A stretch of 64,000 nucleotides of DNA from Trichoplax sp. H2. Taxonomy: Eukaryota. The translations under genes and the position numbers were made by a program. The stretch is from positions 62,001-126,000 of the forward strand of contig NOWV01000117.1 of NCBI GenBank assembly GCA_003344405.1, written 5' to 3'. Below the pieces are notes generated by a model that saw only the letters and a list, made by a program, of their open reading frames with translations, was not told the origin of the DNA and did not search any database. This document shows positions 1 through 14,629 of the stretch, piece after piece. How positions within the stretch are numbered: the stretch's first letter is position 1; the number at the start of each line of letters is the position of its first letter.

Positions 1-719
1 AGTAAAAATACCAATCAAATTGCCTTATTTATAAAATATCGATATACCTGTATAGTTTAAAATGATTCCGTAAACTTTGTTTGTGAAACTTGCAAGTTAA
101 TACTATTTAGCCTAGGGCAACAACTTTTTTTGCGTGCTAGTGTTACTTTATCCGTACTCATACCATTTCATTACAATTCCTTTTAAACTTGAATATAGCT
201 ATAAAATTCTCTTTTCTGTTCTAGTCGGCCAATTAATACCCATAGCTAAGATGTTGTTTATAGAAGCACTTTAGTGGATGAATACGTATTCTTGTGATGG
301 ACTCATCGATATCAGCAGTCTACAGTAGAGCTAGTAAAGAAATTTATTCATCTAGATGTATTTAATTAATTTTTAGATAGTAAATTATTCTTTTATTTTT
401 GTTATATGCGTATTCCTCACTCGATCTATTTAATTACAGTAGTCTTTCGATAGTAAATTATTATTTTTTATTTTTATATTATCTACAAGCAAGCAATGGC
501 CATCATCTCTAGCGGCAGATCATCAATCTGATATAGTTAATATAGTGGCTATTTATTTGATTCTATCAAGTCTATTATGACATGGTTAGTCAGTCAGGAA
601 TAATAGAATCTACTTAAAAGTTCTTCATCGTAACAATGATATTGAGGATTTCTTTTACCCGTCGTTACTAAAGGTATGAGGATGATTAGCAAATAAAAAT
701 AGATGAAGACAATGGCTAA

Positions 720-1555
720 GGTTACTGATGGTTTGAATGATATCGAGAGAGCAAATTATGGTGTTGAACTAAATGTTTCAGTTAATCACTGGACGTTGAT
801 GATGAAACAGTCTAGCTATTGACATACCAAAGGGAGATAGTATTTTAGTTAGAAATGAATAATGCTATTAAAGAAAAGTGTAGTATTTTACCAAATCTAT
901 GATTCTAAATAATAATATGGAGGGAGCAAATGGTGGTATTAACCTTAAGCTGAAATATCCAGTGTATCACTGGATATTGATGATCATTGAACGATATTGC
1001 TATTGATATATTAAAGAGAGATAACTTTTACAGCGTAACGAATGATTTTTTTTCAAGTATAGCATATTACTAAGCCTGTGATTTTAAATCATAGAGAGGA
1101 AGCAAATATCGGTGTTGAACTGAAATATCCAGTGAATCAATGGAATTTTATAATGAAGTGATGTCGCTGTTGATATAAGCGTATTTAAGGGAGATAATTG
1201 TTAGGAGAAATAAATGACTTTTTCAAAGTAAATATAGAGCATTGCCAAGCCTGTAATTTAAAATAATATAGGTGGAGCAAATGGTGATACTTAACTGAAG
1301 TCTCTATTGAATTACTGATAGATTACAAGTGAGATCATTCTAAAGGGAAAGTTAATGATACTTTCAAAGTGAAATAATTTGTGTTAGGCTATTGATTTTA
1401 AATGATATACGTGTAGAAGGAGCAAACGTTGGTATTAAACTGAAGGTTAAAAGCTAAGCTCGAACATTTTGGATGACACTTTTGCCTTATTAAAGGGAGA
1501 GTTGTAAGAGAAAAATGGAATGATTCTTTCAAAATAAAGCATATTACTAAGCCTA
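720..1555. repeat. Degenerate tandem repeat, ~175-bp unit, about 5 copies
   Basis: The anchor (g/a)AGCAAA followed by ggt(g/a)tt(g)aact recurs at ~749, 924, 1100, 1275 and 1420 (spacings 175, 176, 175, 145). Most copies also carry aa(g)ggagat and att..taagcc..tgattttaaat. No coherent ORF. Confidence 0.8.
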
Positions 1556-2616
1556 GCCATCGTATTAACTTTGTTTTAATGCATTATATCGCTTCCTGTA
1601 AACCTTACGTACTCTTTGCTACTATCGTACTGGTGTATTGTTTTTATTTTCGATTAAAAGCAAATTGAATAGATATTGGCTGTTTTAAAGCGTTTACTTC
1701 CGGTCGTGCTGTCATGTCCTTACCGTGCTCTATTTTAGCACAGAGCTGTTTATCAGTGTAGTCATGCTTACGAAAGTTGTTGGTATTACTGATATTCTTA
1801 AAAGTAGATTTAGTAGTCGATATTCATTTACTCGAAACATGTTGACAACAACCTAATGTTTTAATGAATCAAGATTTGGTATTACTGATATTCTTAAGTG
1901 ATATTCCGAGTACTATCATTAAGCAGAAATCTTTGCAAAAAGTAAGCGATTTCTTACCTTTAAAAGCTTGTAAAAGACTAATGGATAGTGCTAGAACTAC
2001 AGGATAACGTCCATCTTTTTAATGGCGTGTGGTGAAGAAAGCAACAAATGTTGCCATTTTTGAAGGCTATCTTAACAGATTGTCTTCATCATCTTATTTT
2101 GCAACGCATGCAGTTGTAATACTTTTACACTTCCAGTTTGATACCATACTATCTTACTTGACCAGACGAGAATATCGATTATGAAATGGTAGCACTGCGG
2201 CTTCTTAACTTTACAGAGATGATGATTTGAATTCTCGAAGGAGAATACTATTATTAATTGAAAATTTGAATGATGTTGGTGGACAGTCAATGGGGATATA
2301 ATTGCTAATCAAACTGGTATTGGTAATTCAATCCGACCCATCGTGGCCAGAGTGGAGGCTAGGCGTAGCGCAACTGTTTCGCTCAGCGTACAATTGGACA
2401 TTGAATCGTTCTTCATTTCGCTATTTGGTTCTCTTTTGATTCATAAGACGACAGCATAGATGCAGATTGGTAAAGGTGCAAATGCTGCTATTTGTTAGGA
2501 GCGAAATTTTTTCAATCTCTTAGCCCAGATTGCATTACGTCATATGCTCGACCATGCTCATAACCCTAACCACTGTTGTTTTCCGGTCCAGTAGGTAAAA
2601 TATTGCACAGGCATGG

Positions 2617-2655
2617 ACTTCTAGAAATAGACCATTGTAGTCTATTTCTAGAAGT
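2617..2655. repeat. Perfect 16-bp inverted repeat (hairpin, 7-nt loop)
   Basis: ACTTCTAGAAATAGAC (2617-2632) and GTCTATTTCTAGAAGT (2640-2655) are exact reverse complements. Confidence 0.9.
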
Positions 2656-2896
2656 TAATGGCACTGCTATGCTCTGTAGTCTAGAAGTACAATTCAGTGA
2701 ATGAGTGCTGATACTTTTAGAGATGGTAGTCTGTATCGTTTTTTAATTTCGCTATAACATTAAAATTATAAAGTAATTCTGATTGATCTAGTCGTCTTGG
2801 ATTGAGATCGTAAAGGGCAAATGTGGCCCATTTGTTACGCAGGAGTATTTTACGGGATATTGGATCTCTGTGCGTACTACAGTAGATCATGTCATG

Positions 2897-2930
2897 GACT
2901 ACTAAAATACTAAAAGTATATTTAGTAGTC
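2897..2930. repeat. Near-perfect inverted repeat GACTACTAAAATACT / AGTATATTTAGTAGTC
   Basis: Arms at 2897-2911 and 2915-2930 with one bulge. The segment 2921-2974 is also a near copy of ~1809-1862. Confidence 0.8.
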
Positions 2931-3584
2931 GATGTTCATTTACTGGAAACATGTTGACAACAACCTAATGTTTTCAACTGCAACATTGCACTGCAGCTAC
3001 GCTCTCAGCTTATTTCAAATCAATGGGTTGATTGAATGAGTGTACTGATGTTCAACTACTGTTGGCTCATTTGCCAGAGTCATTCCTCATTTCGAACATC
3101 TTTGGATTGGTGATGATTCTTCAGCTTGATCAGGGACCTCTAAGAAGTTCTTAGGTTGATGCAGATTGTAAAAAGATGCAAAATTGTTGTTGTTGCAGAT
3201 CTTAGGATCGCCATTTGTTGTACTAGTATGAATGTGATGCAGTCCTATATAAAACACATACAGCAGTACGTGGTATACTCGATCATGCCCACAATGACCC
3301 TATGTTTTCCAATAAAAAGAGTAAAATTGTAGACTATTATGCTCTCTCGAGTCTAGTAGGTTGATACGATCTAGTTTAGCATTTACATCTCGCAGGTCTT
3401 TTTACCTCTATGGTTCAGAGAATGACCAATGGACATGTTAGCTGCAGCTGTATTACATTCTCACTTGTTTAAATTATCGTATATATTAAATTATTCTTCA
3501 TTTCAAGCATGTGCCAACTCGACAGCTGATGTAAAGATACAAATGTTGCCATTTGATGAATGGCAACATCTTGGATTGGCTAGC

Positions 3585-3760
3585 GCATACTGTAGCATGT
3601 CATGGACTCGAACATGTCCTGACCCAGCATACTGTACAGTGTACAGTAGATTGTCTCCACAAAATGAGTGAATTACATACTGAACTGTACTGCAGTAACA
3701 CACCGTGTACAGTGTACAGTCTGCAATACAGTACTGTACACTGTACACTGTTCTATGAGA
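3585..3760. repeat. (TACAG/CTGTA/GTAC)n low-complexity self-complementary tract upstream of CDC27
   Basis: Examples: actgtacagtgtacagtag and cagtactgtacactgtacactg. These generate the spurious Y/S/T/V/Q/C-rich ORFs. Confidence 0.75.
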
Positions 3761-5006
3761 CAGACAGACTGCGACTGCTATAAAATCCGTTATTGAATGC
3801 GCAAGCGTCGACGAATTCAAAAAAAAATTGCTACAGCGATCAACCAACCAAACTGTTTTTATTCTTTCATTCTACCACCAGATCTGATAGGAAAGGAAAA
3901 GAAAGTGGGTTACCTTGGTCAAATTGATATTTCACGCACTCCTGCCTTAAACAGGGTTTACTTGAATTGTGGTCATTGACCGACCAGTCACCTCAACACT
4001 CAAACTCAGTCATTGAAGTTGGTTGAAGCCTTTGTATTGACTCACTGACTTCACCCGTTTTGTATGAGGCGCACTCTTCACTGTCCATTTTTCTATGCAG
4101 CTTTTGCCAACTCAAAACTGCTCTTCTTCTTACAACCTAAATAATTTCCTCTTTTAATCCTTGTTTATTGCCAACTTAGTGCTTAATTTTCATTTGGAGA
4201 CTACTTGTGGCATTATCCATCTTTACTCTTGAAGAAATTTTCAATAGGAAATTGTTGGTTGGATTCTCTTTTAAGCGTAAGTACGACGAGTTGTTGGCAC
4301 AATCATTTGTCAAGATCGATTCAAAGCAACTTTTTGCCTAACGCATTGACTAGGTACCTACTCTTCCAGCTTGGTCTATCTCCCATGACTTGCTACGAGA
4401 CTTTAAAGGTATTTTAAAGTTGGATTTGTCTCCTTAATGATAGAAAATTTATAATTTGACAGCTTTATCCTAAGTATTGAAACAATGGATTCGATAGCAG
4501 CAGCAACGCTGTTTACAACTACTGCATGGATGTAGGGCTCGGCTCGTCTTGCCGACGACGACAACGGATAAAAATGTAGCGATTCTATTTTTGAATGTTG
4601 CCATCATTCTTCTTAAGTTTTGCATGCCTATTTCTACAAGTCATCAGTACGTGTATCCATTTTCTGCATGCTAAAAGTATTGATGGTAACAGAAGAATAA
4701 CGTAAATAATAAGATATACTCTTGTACAGAAAATCAACTATCAATGAACTTGTAGGCTTTGTACAACCGAATGATGAGATAGACAAATGCCCGATCTATC
4801 TATAGTACGATTGAACTGCAAGTAACTATTTCTATCTGCAATACTCCAAACTGCAGCATTACATAGCAGTGAAAAATTGTTAAAATTTTGCTACATTATC
4901 CAACGTATAGTGTAAAGTACATTATAAGGATAGGTTACTGACCGATAAAGATATTTTGACTTACAAACAATAATACAATTAATACTGCCTTCATTTCTAT
5001 CCATAG

Positions 5007-8000
5007 GCTGCTGTTTCGCACTCATTAGAACACTATCACTACGCCGATGCAATCTTTTTAGCAGAGAGACTTTTAGCTGAAGGTTTGTTATAGACATTTC
5101 CTGCGCCATTGACTATACGATTGAAGTATCCGTGAACGATGATGCTCAGTAATGCATCTAACTTCAAGTTTCCACTAATGCTAAGTACAATGCGATTACA
5201 TTCAATCATTGCACTGAATAGTCTGTAATGTTTACTCTTAACAGTCATTGCTTGTAAAATTATACCAACAGTAATAATCCTGTACTGAATTTGAAATGAT
5301 GATCATTCGGATAAAGTGTCCTACCCTAAGATCTATTCTACTAGCTTGATTGCAAATTTGCAATGCGCTGGTTGTGATCGTTTTATTGGCTAAACAATTT
5401 AAAAACTCCAAATTATACGAGCATCATGATACAGAATATTATTATAGATAGAATACTGAACAGTGCAATATATTGTTAAATGGCAATCACTTAAGCTTTC
5501 AGCAAGTAAAAGCTAAAAGTGGATACAAAAATAAACGTTACAACTTATCGTTGTTATCATTTATTGATAGCCAATTCAGACGAAACAGCATTTATACTGG
5601 CTGATTGTTATTATAAAGCGCAACAATATCAGCGGGCTCGTTGGCTACTAACTACTCATCATTGCAAAAGTGCCAAATCTCGTTATCTATTAGCATCATG
5701 TTACTTCAAACTGGAAAAGTAAGTGTTAACCACAGTATCATGTATAGATGCGTTGCTTTAAATTTAGAACCTTGTTAACGTAAATTAAGAACTGCATAGC
5801 ATGACGACAGCTTTATTAATGTCTTAAGTGGAACTAGAAAGGCGTGAATTCACTTGTTGACGCCAAGTTAAGTCCTTGTCGGTTGTACAGTTACATATAG
5901 CTTTAATAATTTTTATCCCCAATTACATCAGTATTGCTAGACAACAACTACAACTGATTATTACGAGTTCAGTGATACTATATAAGTTCATTATGACTGG
6001 TTTTAACATTTTCAAAAAATTTCCATTTGATAACGCATGTAACATGATTGCGATCTATTTCTAATAGCTATCCCAAAGCGGAACATATTTTAGGCAACTG
6101 TCAGTCTTTCATTGATTGCCCTTCCGTTGATGATGTACAACATTGCTTTGGCTTGCATGCTGGCTATGCCTTAGGTTTACTAGGTGATATTTACAGGTTA
6201 GCATTGCTCCTAAATTGTACTTTGTTTTTAGCAGTTAGCAAGTTGTGGTTGTTTAGGGACGCGAAATACATATGGTAATTAGCGTAGCTATGCACGAAAA
6301 TAGATCATTCCAATGTTTTACTCAACACGTTGATTGCTGCTTTATCGCCATACAGGAAAACTAATAGAAGTACCAAAGCTATAGAATTCTATCGTGCCAG
6401 TCTCTCGTGCAATCCTTTCATATGGTCATCATTTGAATCTCTTTGCAAATTAGGTATAGTTTGTTAATCTTTCTATATTTTTACCACTAGTCGTCATATA
6501 ATCGGGCGGTATTTTATTATATATTGAAAGAATCAGTACCTAAGGATACCTTTTGAAGGTTTTAGGATCGACGTTTCACTTTCTGTTCAAACTCTTAGCT
6601 TGATACAAAGCCTGCATAATTTTTCTCTAGAATTAGATTTCGATACTGAATCAGTTGTATCAAGTAAAGCCCGTAGGAAAACGTAAATTCTTTATGTTCA
6701 ACTTAGCTGGTTCATTTATTTTATAGGTGTAAATGCAGATCCGGCGGACTTCTTTCAGAGAGCTTGCAAAGAAAATTTACCTACTAATCACCAGACACCG
6801 ATCGCAGGTGTCGAAATGTGCAGTAAAGGTATAGATAATCAAAGATATCTCTTGTAAATGATTTTCTAAATATATTTGATCATTCTTACATAGAATCAAC
6901 TCCAGCTGGTATTAATTTTGATGACGTTAGTACCCCAAAGTCGGGCATTAATACTCCGGGTAATATTAGTGTATTATCAAATCATAACGAATCAATATTT
7001 GTGGGCCCCACACAACAGAAAGTGGGACGAAATCTGCTGGGTACGTCGTCTATTAATTCGGTTACCTCCAGGTTCGTATGTAAATTGCCATTATATAGTT
7101 TTCTTAATCTGCATTTTCAACAAGTAATCATTACAGTTATAGACTCGTCATTTTTTAATAAGAATGTGTGCATGTAAATAAAACACGAGTAATTTTCTAT
7201 AAAACTATAGTATTGGAGTACACCCAATAGATGCTTCTACTAATGAAAGTAAAAAGATGTTTACCACTCCATCATCGGTTCGCGGTTCTGATGGCACTCA
7301 GATTCGAACTCAGGCCAGAATGCAATCTGAACCTAGAGCTCCTAGAAAGGTATTACTTTTAATAGACAATTTATTTATTACGCTTTCTAGAAATTTATTC
7401 CAATAAATTCAAACTATAATTCAATTGTTCGACTGCTACTATAGGGAACCTATGATAATGGAAATCACCGTCAAAAGGTAACGTCGGAGTCTTCCAATAT
7501 CATAGCATGTTCTGAAAGCCAACGTTTGGGACCTATGAATATTGTCACTAGCAGTTTTATTGAAACACCGTCACCAACCAGTAATAAGAAAGATAGATTG
7601 GATAATTCAACTGCTGCTCGACCAGTGCTTAGGCGGAGTACGAGATTATATAACGCATCTTCTAAAGTTGGGTTAAAAACTAAGGTATGAAATATTTTGT
7701 TGACTATAAAAAATATATATATATTACATACTTACAGTACGATGAATAGTTTTATTACGCAATTTTACTGCTATTATAACAGTGGTAAGTGTTTAGCCAC
7801 AATACGATACCCTTACAAACAATAAGACAGGGCTGATATTACACATCTCATATTTATAGGGTATTATGAGAACAAAGTGCAAGCTTAATTCTACCTCTGT
7901 TACGAAGAAGTATAAGGTCGGTCCTTTTTCTTGTCTTAAAGAATGCTATTATGGTTATGATTGCTTTTAGGCAATAATTTAATAGCTATCTAAATAATTA

Positions 8001-10154
8001 TTGTATTAGTTTCTTTCATTATTATTATTTCTTTAATGGATAATTTCTGATTATAATATATCTGTGTATTGCTTCCGCTAGATGGCTCGTGGAAAAAATA
8101 TAGAAGACACTCGAACTCCTTTATTAACTCCTGGCCAAGAAACCACACGACATGATAAACGTCAACTACGCAGTAATCGTGCTTTAGTTTGTAATGCTGG
8201 ATCAACAGGTACTTTTTTAGTACACCTTAAAATATCAGATTTCATTCATGCATGAGATGCCACATTGAAGCTTTCATGTTAATATATCATTTTGTATTAC
8301 ACCATAATTATAGATGAACTCATGACGTTGCTCTACGATATTGCTAAAGCTTATATGGCGCTGTGTTCTTTCAAATGTAAACAAAGTATTAAGTTCTTTA
8401 ATTCCCTGTCATATCACCACTACAATACATCTTGGATTTTGTGTCAAGTTGGCAAGGCCTTTTATGAAAGCTGTCAGTTCAGAAAGGTTAGAATACTAGA
8501 ATGTGAAGAAGCTTTTAGCAGGAGTAGTACAGTAGCTATTCGAGGGTGTATATAGTGTCGTATGATAATATTCAATCGTACTCTTATATATTTACATCAC
8601 TATGTAGGCGGCGGCAGTATTTGCTAATGTGCGAAAGTTAGACCCTTACAAAGTTGAAGGTAACCTTTCATTACTACTTGATGCTAAAATTATCTGAACG
8701 ATATTTAACCTTTTTATCTATATTCTTAATAGATATGGATATTTATTCTACGACTCTTTGGCATCTGCATAAAGAATCTGATCTAGCTTATCTTACGCAT
8801 GAGATGATTGACATATCCCGTCAATGTCCACAGGTAAATGTTTACTGATTTCAGAATCACTGCTATACTGTGTAAGAAAATTATATAAATCGTGGCGATA
8901 TGTTTTATCTCGTATCAAAACCAAATAATTATTAATTATTAAATATTTATTAAATTTAGACATGGTGTGTCGCTGGAAATTGTTTCAGCTTGCAAAAGGA
9001 ACATGATGATGCAATTAAATTTTTTCAACGTGCACTGCAGGTAATGATGGCGATATGAAACTAAATTAAAAAAGCATATTTAAAAATAGTTTATATTTCA
9101 ACTAATCCAATCAAATTATTTATCGATACAGGTGGATCCTAGTTTCGCGTATGCCTATACATTGTTAGGACATGAGTATAGCCTTATAGGAGAGCTTGAC
9201 AAATCTCAAAAGTTATTTAAAGATGCTGTATATGCCGATAGTAGACACTATCATGCTTGGTATGTGAAATAGCTTAGCTTAAATGAACATTGCAATACAA
9301 TATGCAGGCTTTTGATTTGCTACTTACCGATTGTATTGTTATCGAAATAGGTATGGTATGGGAATGATATACTATAAACAAGAGAAATTTGATTGGGCTG
9401 AAGTTCGTTTTAAGCAGGCATTCGCGATAAATCCTAGTAGCTCTATATTATTATGTCATATTGGCTTGGTAAGTAATTAGTGATTTGCGTCTGAATAGCA
9501 CTTCGTTATACAGATAACAAAGTATTGAAACAACTATAGGCACAACATGCTCAAAACCGAAGCGATGAAGCCTTAACAACTATGGAAAGTGCTATAAAAC
9601 TTGATCCTAACAATATTTTATGTCAATATCATCATGCTGCAATGCTATACGCTATTGGTGAATACGAGGTGCGTATTTGATTAGATTTAAGGTGGTGTAT
9701 TAACTACGATTGAGCCAGTTGTTAAATTATTGTAGAAAGCCTTATCCGGATTAGAAAAGTTAAAGAAAACAGCTTCTAGAGAGTCCCTTGTTTATTATAT
9801 GATTGGAAAGGTAGCTAATGAATATCATCAGTTTTGAATAGTGTTCGATATAAATGTTGTAAAATTACATACATCAAATTTTTTACTAAAATTTTTTCTC
9901 CATTTTTACACTCTTGGTAGATTTATGATAAATTGAATCAGCCTCATTTAGCGTTCATGAATTACTCTGAAGCATCTCATCTGGATCCTAAAGGACAAAA
10001 TAATGCCATTAAAGAAGAAATTAACCGCCAATATTTAAATGAACGTAATGACAACGGTGCCAATGATAATGGAATTGGAGTTTTAGATGCGGTTCTAGAA
10101 CAAGATCCAGATAATGATAACTCTAATTTCTCTGAAACTGACGATGCTGAATGA
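5007..10154 (+). CDS. CDC27: Cell division cycle protein 27 homolog (APC3, TPR subunit of APC/C); multi-exon; short first coding exon not located
   Basis: Spliced translation: exon 5007-5082 AAVSHSLEHYHYADAIFLAERLLAE; 5571-5718 NSDETAFILADCYYKAQQYQRA...SRYLLASCYFKLEK; 6068-6196; 6356-6453 ...YRASLSCNPFIWSSFESLCKLG; then low-complexity S/T/P middle exons. C-terminal TPR exons include HHYNTSWILCQVGKAFYE, MDIYSTTLWHL, TWCVAGNCFSLQKEHDDAIKFFQRALQVDPSFAYAYTLLGHEY and RHYHAWYGMGMIYYKQEKF. The last exon 9921-10154 ends in an acidic tail and TGA. Introns checked are GT-AG. Confidence 0.95.
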
Positions 10155-11006
10155 AGGACAAACGGCTATTTGACATAAGAGAGGGTATTGTAATGTTACA
10201 TTTCAAGGAAGATGTTATTTTTAATGAAACTTGTTAGGAGCAAACGATGGTTTATATTATCAATGGAATGGGAGAAGTGTTTTACTAATCTTTAACCGAG
10301 GTTATTTGTAATATAATTGCAATTGCAAATACAAAATGGTATTTGTAATACACATTTGTTTACAATATCTTAGGGTTCTTATGAATAAATACTGTACATA
10401 TAGTGACGCTCTGTTTGTACTATAGATATAGATGATGCGCGTGGTATTAATTTTACCACTCATAAGTTAGGTTAACACAGATGCTGAAAAGCGTATGACT
10501 AAGATTGTTATAATCATATAACAAATTTTATTTGTTTTCTCATATCACGAACAACATAACTGCTTGATGTAATAATACCTGTTGCATAAAGCATAACAAT
10601 GCAATCCAGTTGAACATTATTGAAATTACCAGCATACGTCAAATTCCCGCCATTTTATAGTACCGTAAATAATTTTTACTAATAATAAAATTGGGTAACA
10701 CTTGTATTAGACATAAAACATAGAAATAAAAAATAAATAAGCGAATCGATAATATGACTTTTTGCTTGAATGAAGCACAATTACAGGAGTTGAATACCCT
10801 AATCAGATAAGCAGTACGCTTTTCATTAAGTACTGCATAGTTGTAATTAAAACTAATATCAATACATGTCAGCAAACAGGACAGTAGTTGCTATACATGA
10901 GTAAGCATTTAAAAAGTCATGCAAGCGTACAGATAAAACTAAGTACGTGTAACATGGAATTTATAAAAATTTTAGCATTTCGTATTTTATAATCACGTTT
11001 TTGCTT

Positions 11007-13474
11007 TCACACTTTATTACTTGTGAGCTTGTCCTTATATTTTGCGTATGTATATAGTATTGCGCCAATCATATTTATTGAAACTCCAGCAACAGTAAAG
11101 GTTGTTGCAGGTACTCCACCAAAAGTAAAAAAACCTATAATAGTTGTTACTAGTCCCTTTATTACTCCAACAATGCTGGTATTTATATAAAAAAATTCAT
11201 AATAAAAATCAGTTTTTCAGTCAGTATCTAAATAAGTGACGATACTTCGTCGTGTCAATATGAGCTAAAATCACACATTTATTCGTATTACAACTTGAAA
11301 GAATGAGTCAAACTGACCTTGTGGTTAATGCCGAATTGACGGTAGTACATAAGAATAGAGAATAATTTAAAAGGCAACCCAAGCCAGCGGCGAAGAAAAA
11401 CACCGCCTGTATGATTAATAGCAATACGTTGAATAGAAGAACATTACTTGTATGTATTATAGCTCCGTGTAGTAATTCACTTGCTATGTAGTATTAATTG
11501 TAAAATGTTGCGCCAAAGCTAGTCTTGACGTATATAAGATTATCTTTACAATTACTACAGTAGTAAATACTGTGAAAGAACGTAAGATTAATAATTACGC
11601 ATATTCTCTTAATACATGAAATGACATTATTAAACTTACTTGAAATCGCCAATCCCTTAAGCGTGTATACGTAGTGGCTTGATAAATCTCTCCTGTTATA
11701 ATTGCAATTAATATTTGGAAAGGTAAACAATTTACAGTATTGAGATAGAGTATAGATGAAGTTGAAAACTCAGTACGAGCTCCAGCTCTTTCAACTAATG
11801 TTAGATAGATTGATTGGGAAACTACACTGATTAAAGCATTCACATAGCCAAAAATGTGAGAAGAAAGATCGTGCATGCCTATATTTAGAAAATAATAAAG
11901 TGGCCAATGATAACAGTTGATCAATGCAAGGAATACCATAACGTTGAAATAGGTAAGCTATCAGGAATAGAAATTACAATTGATTCCTTACCGGCTACAA
12001 TACAACCAGTAATGATGAGAGCGATTGAAAAGCATACCATAACAGAAGGAATTTTAGAAAGTAGAATAACAGATAAAATCAAATTCATCAGTAATCCCAG
12101 GCGTTTCATGACAGTATACCTGTGAAGTGAATTTCTTTGTTAGATATTTTTTGGCATAATTTCTTCTGGAAATTAATTAAAGTATGTATTGCATTAATTT
12201 AAATTTATAGCCAGATGGCTTGATAAAAGATACCGAAAGCATTAAAAAGGTTGTATTACTTACATTGGAATATTTAAATCGGTCAAGGCGCTAATTGCAA
12301 AAGTTGTGTTTATAGCATAGCATAATGCAGGCAACATCAACTTGCGTCCACTATTTTATTCAATTGAAAATTGAGTAATATAAATAGAAGTAGGAAATAA
12401 ATATAGTTAAGAATGAATGAGTCAATCTTTTTCACTGGATTTAAAAAATTTTCTATAGGATACCAATTCTGTTGACATTACATTAAATTACAGATTGAAT
12501 TTTGTTATTCATAGAGTATCTTATCGAAACTGTCCATTCGATATGAAACTAACTGAGCTCTTGTTACTGTAAGATATGATAACCTCTAAAAGACTATTGT
12601 ATTCAATTCTGACTATCATATTCAACGTGACTTACACTAATTCTATCTTTACGAATTAACTATTTTTAACAGAGTAAAGATATTTACTGCTTACTTTTCC
12701 ATTGTAAAAGGGATTAACTTGATAAGTTGAAAATAATGTAATAGTCTTAAGATGATTAGTGTTAAAATCATTTGGACTAAAACCAAGACTACTGGATAAG
12801 GAAAGCCAAACGTCGTCATTACTGCCTACAAAGTTGAAACAACAGAATTGCTATAAGCTTTCATTGCCTAAACTGTATTATCATGAGATCTATTTAGCAA
12901 ATGGCTGCTTTAAATTTATGACAAGTGTTGCAAACGATTATGATTAAGAATAAAACTTCATTAAAATTAGTGCATACTATCAACCCTGATAAATGATAAT
13001 AATAGGAATGATGCAAAATAGAATAAATTCAATTCAATCATACTTCTACTGAAGAGTTTATGAAAAAGGCTTTCCACTGTAATGTGCTATTCTGATTAGT
13101 TTATGTAATTGGATTAACAGTATGATGTGTGATAATTTAACACGGTGTATCAATAATTGTATCTTACTAACAGGAAAGGAATTATATTGATTGTTAATTA
13201 ATTCATTAGGTTAGCTCTGTAAAGAGTGCAGTAGTTCAATCATTTCTATGCCATATCGTGGAGTTGGCCACAATATCATCCATATTCAATTTGTCCTGCG
13301 GTAATAAGTAAGACATAATAGGCTTACCTTATTAACGAAAGCAATCGATCCAGAGATTACCCCATAAAATAATGCAGCTAATAAAGAGATTGTTGTCGAT
13401 GATTTTTGGGCCAAGTCTTGATCTGTACTTGAGGAAGCATCTTCAATTTGGGAATGAGTTTGGCCGTGCTTCAT
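11007..13474 (-). CDS. SLC35D-family nucleotide-sugar (UDP-sugar) transporter; about 7 coding exons
   Basis: Exons translate to ISLLAALFYGVISGSIAFVNK|AVMTTFGFPYP..., ALTDLNIPMYTVMKRLG, ...ITGCIVAG, GLGCLLNYSLFLCTTVNSALTT, SIVGVIKGLVTTIIG and GAILYTYAKYKDKLTSNKV* (TGA at 11009-11007). These motifs are typical of SLC35D1/2/3; the paralog is not resolved. Confidence 0.9.
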
Positions 13475-14629
13475 TTTAACGAAAGGCTATGCTAATGTGG
13501 ATTATTATACAGTACAGCAGAATGAATAATTGATTGAATACTACTGTAGCTAAGCTGTAGCCTTGCTTACATAGTGCATTGCAAACCTTATTACGAACTT
13601 TAATATAATTTATCATTCATCAGTAGCAACTAGTGTACTGTATATATTGTATTGATAGTATTTTGTGATAATTATTTTTGGGCTACTTGTTGCGGCTTCT
13701 ATACGCCAGTGGTCATTGAATTAAATTGAAAACAATTGTCTGTCATGATCTTAATAAGGTATAATAATTAATATGATCAATGTTAGATCGTAGTGTGTCA
13801 ATACTTGTAAACTGTCAGATAACTGGAGGGAGACTATCAGCAATTTAGCTGTATCTCTCAATCTACGCGTCGTTCTCAAACGAGCCATCGATGGGCTGCA
13901 GTCCGATAGCACAGCATTTGGCTCTAACTTTGTTTCATTTCAATGTTCAATTGATCGGCTAACGTTTTCAGAATTTTCAGTATCTTCGCCGTGGCCTCTA
14001 ACCTAGTACAGTAGTAGGGGTGATCTCAAGAGATGTACAGCATACTACTTTATTCCTTTTTAACAGTCCAGCTTGCAGCTCAAGGACGTTGTCATGATAC
14101 GGTAGTTGATTTAACAGGTACGTACCATGTGATCCCTTTCCATTCGATAGTGTCATTTTTACATCAATTTTGACGAAAGTGATGCAAAATAGATGATGAA
14201 CGGATAGCTCTTGACTTGGGGAGTTTTTCTATCCGTGATTCAATTTTACCTTTCAATTCTAAATTTATAATAACAGTTCTTCAGTCTTGGGACGGCCCAT
14301 CATGAGTTGTATTATTTCTTAGACGTTTTATTCTAGTTTTTACTATTCAGACATCTCGAATGAAAGGGGATCACTTTAAAGTGGAAACTTTGTATGAGTC
14401 ACTCCTCTTTTCAATTTTCAACCAACTTACAGTAAACTATGACTTATCTAAAAAAGAGATCGATTCTTCCTTATGGGCAGAATCTTTTTGCATTAAGATG
14501 AAAGTATTCTCTTTAAACTGATAAAATAGCATTGATGGCAGCTATCCATAACCTGTATTACATAGGAACTGCCAACGGTAGAGTCTGTCAAAGATCGATT
14601 CTTTCCAAGGCTGTTGGCCTACCGCAGGA

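Noticed and set aside
3140-3214. Minus-strand MAILRSATTTILHLFTICINLRTS* resembling a signal peptide
   Set aside because: It stops after 24 codons and has no supported splice continuation.
4485-4830. Candidate first coding exon of CDC27
   Set aside because: Several ATGs are present, but none gave a convincing phase-0 donor joining exon 5007, so it is left unassigned.
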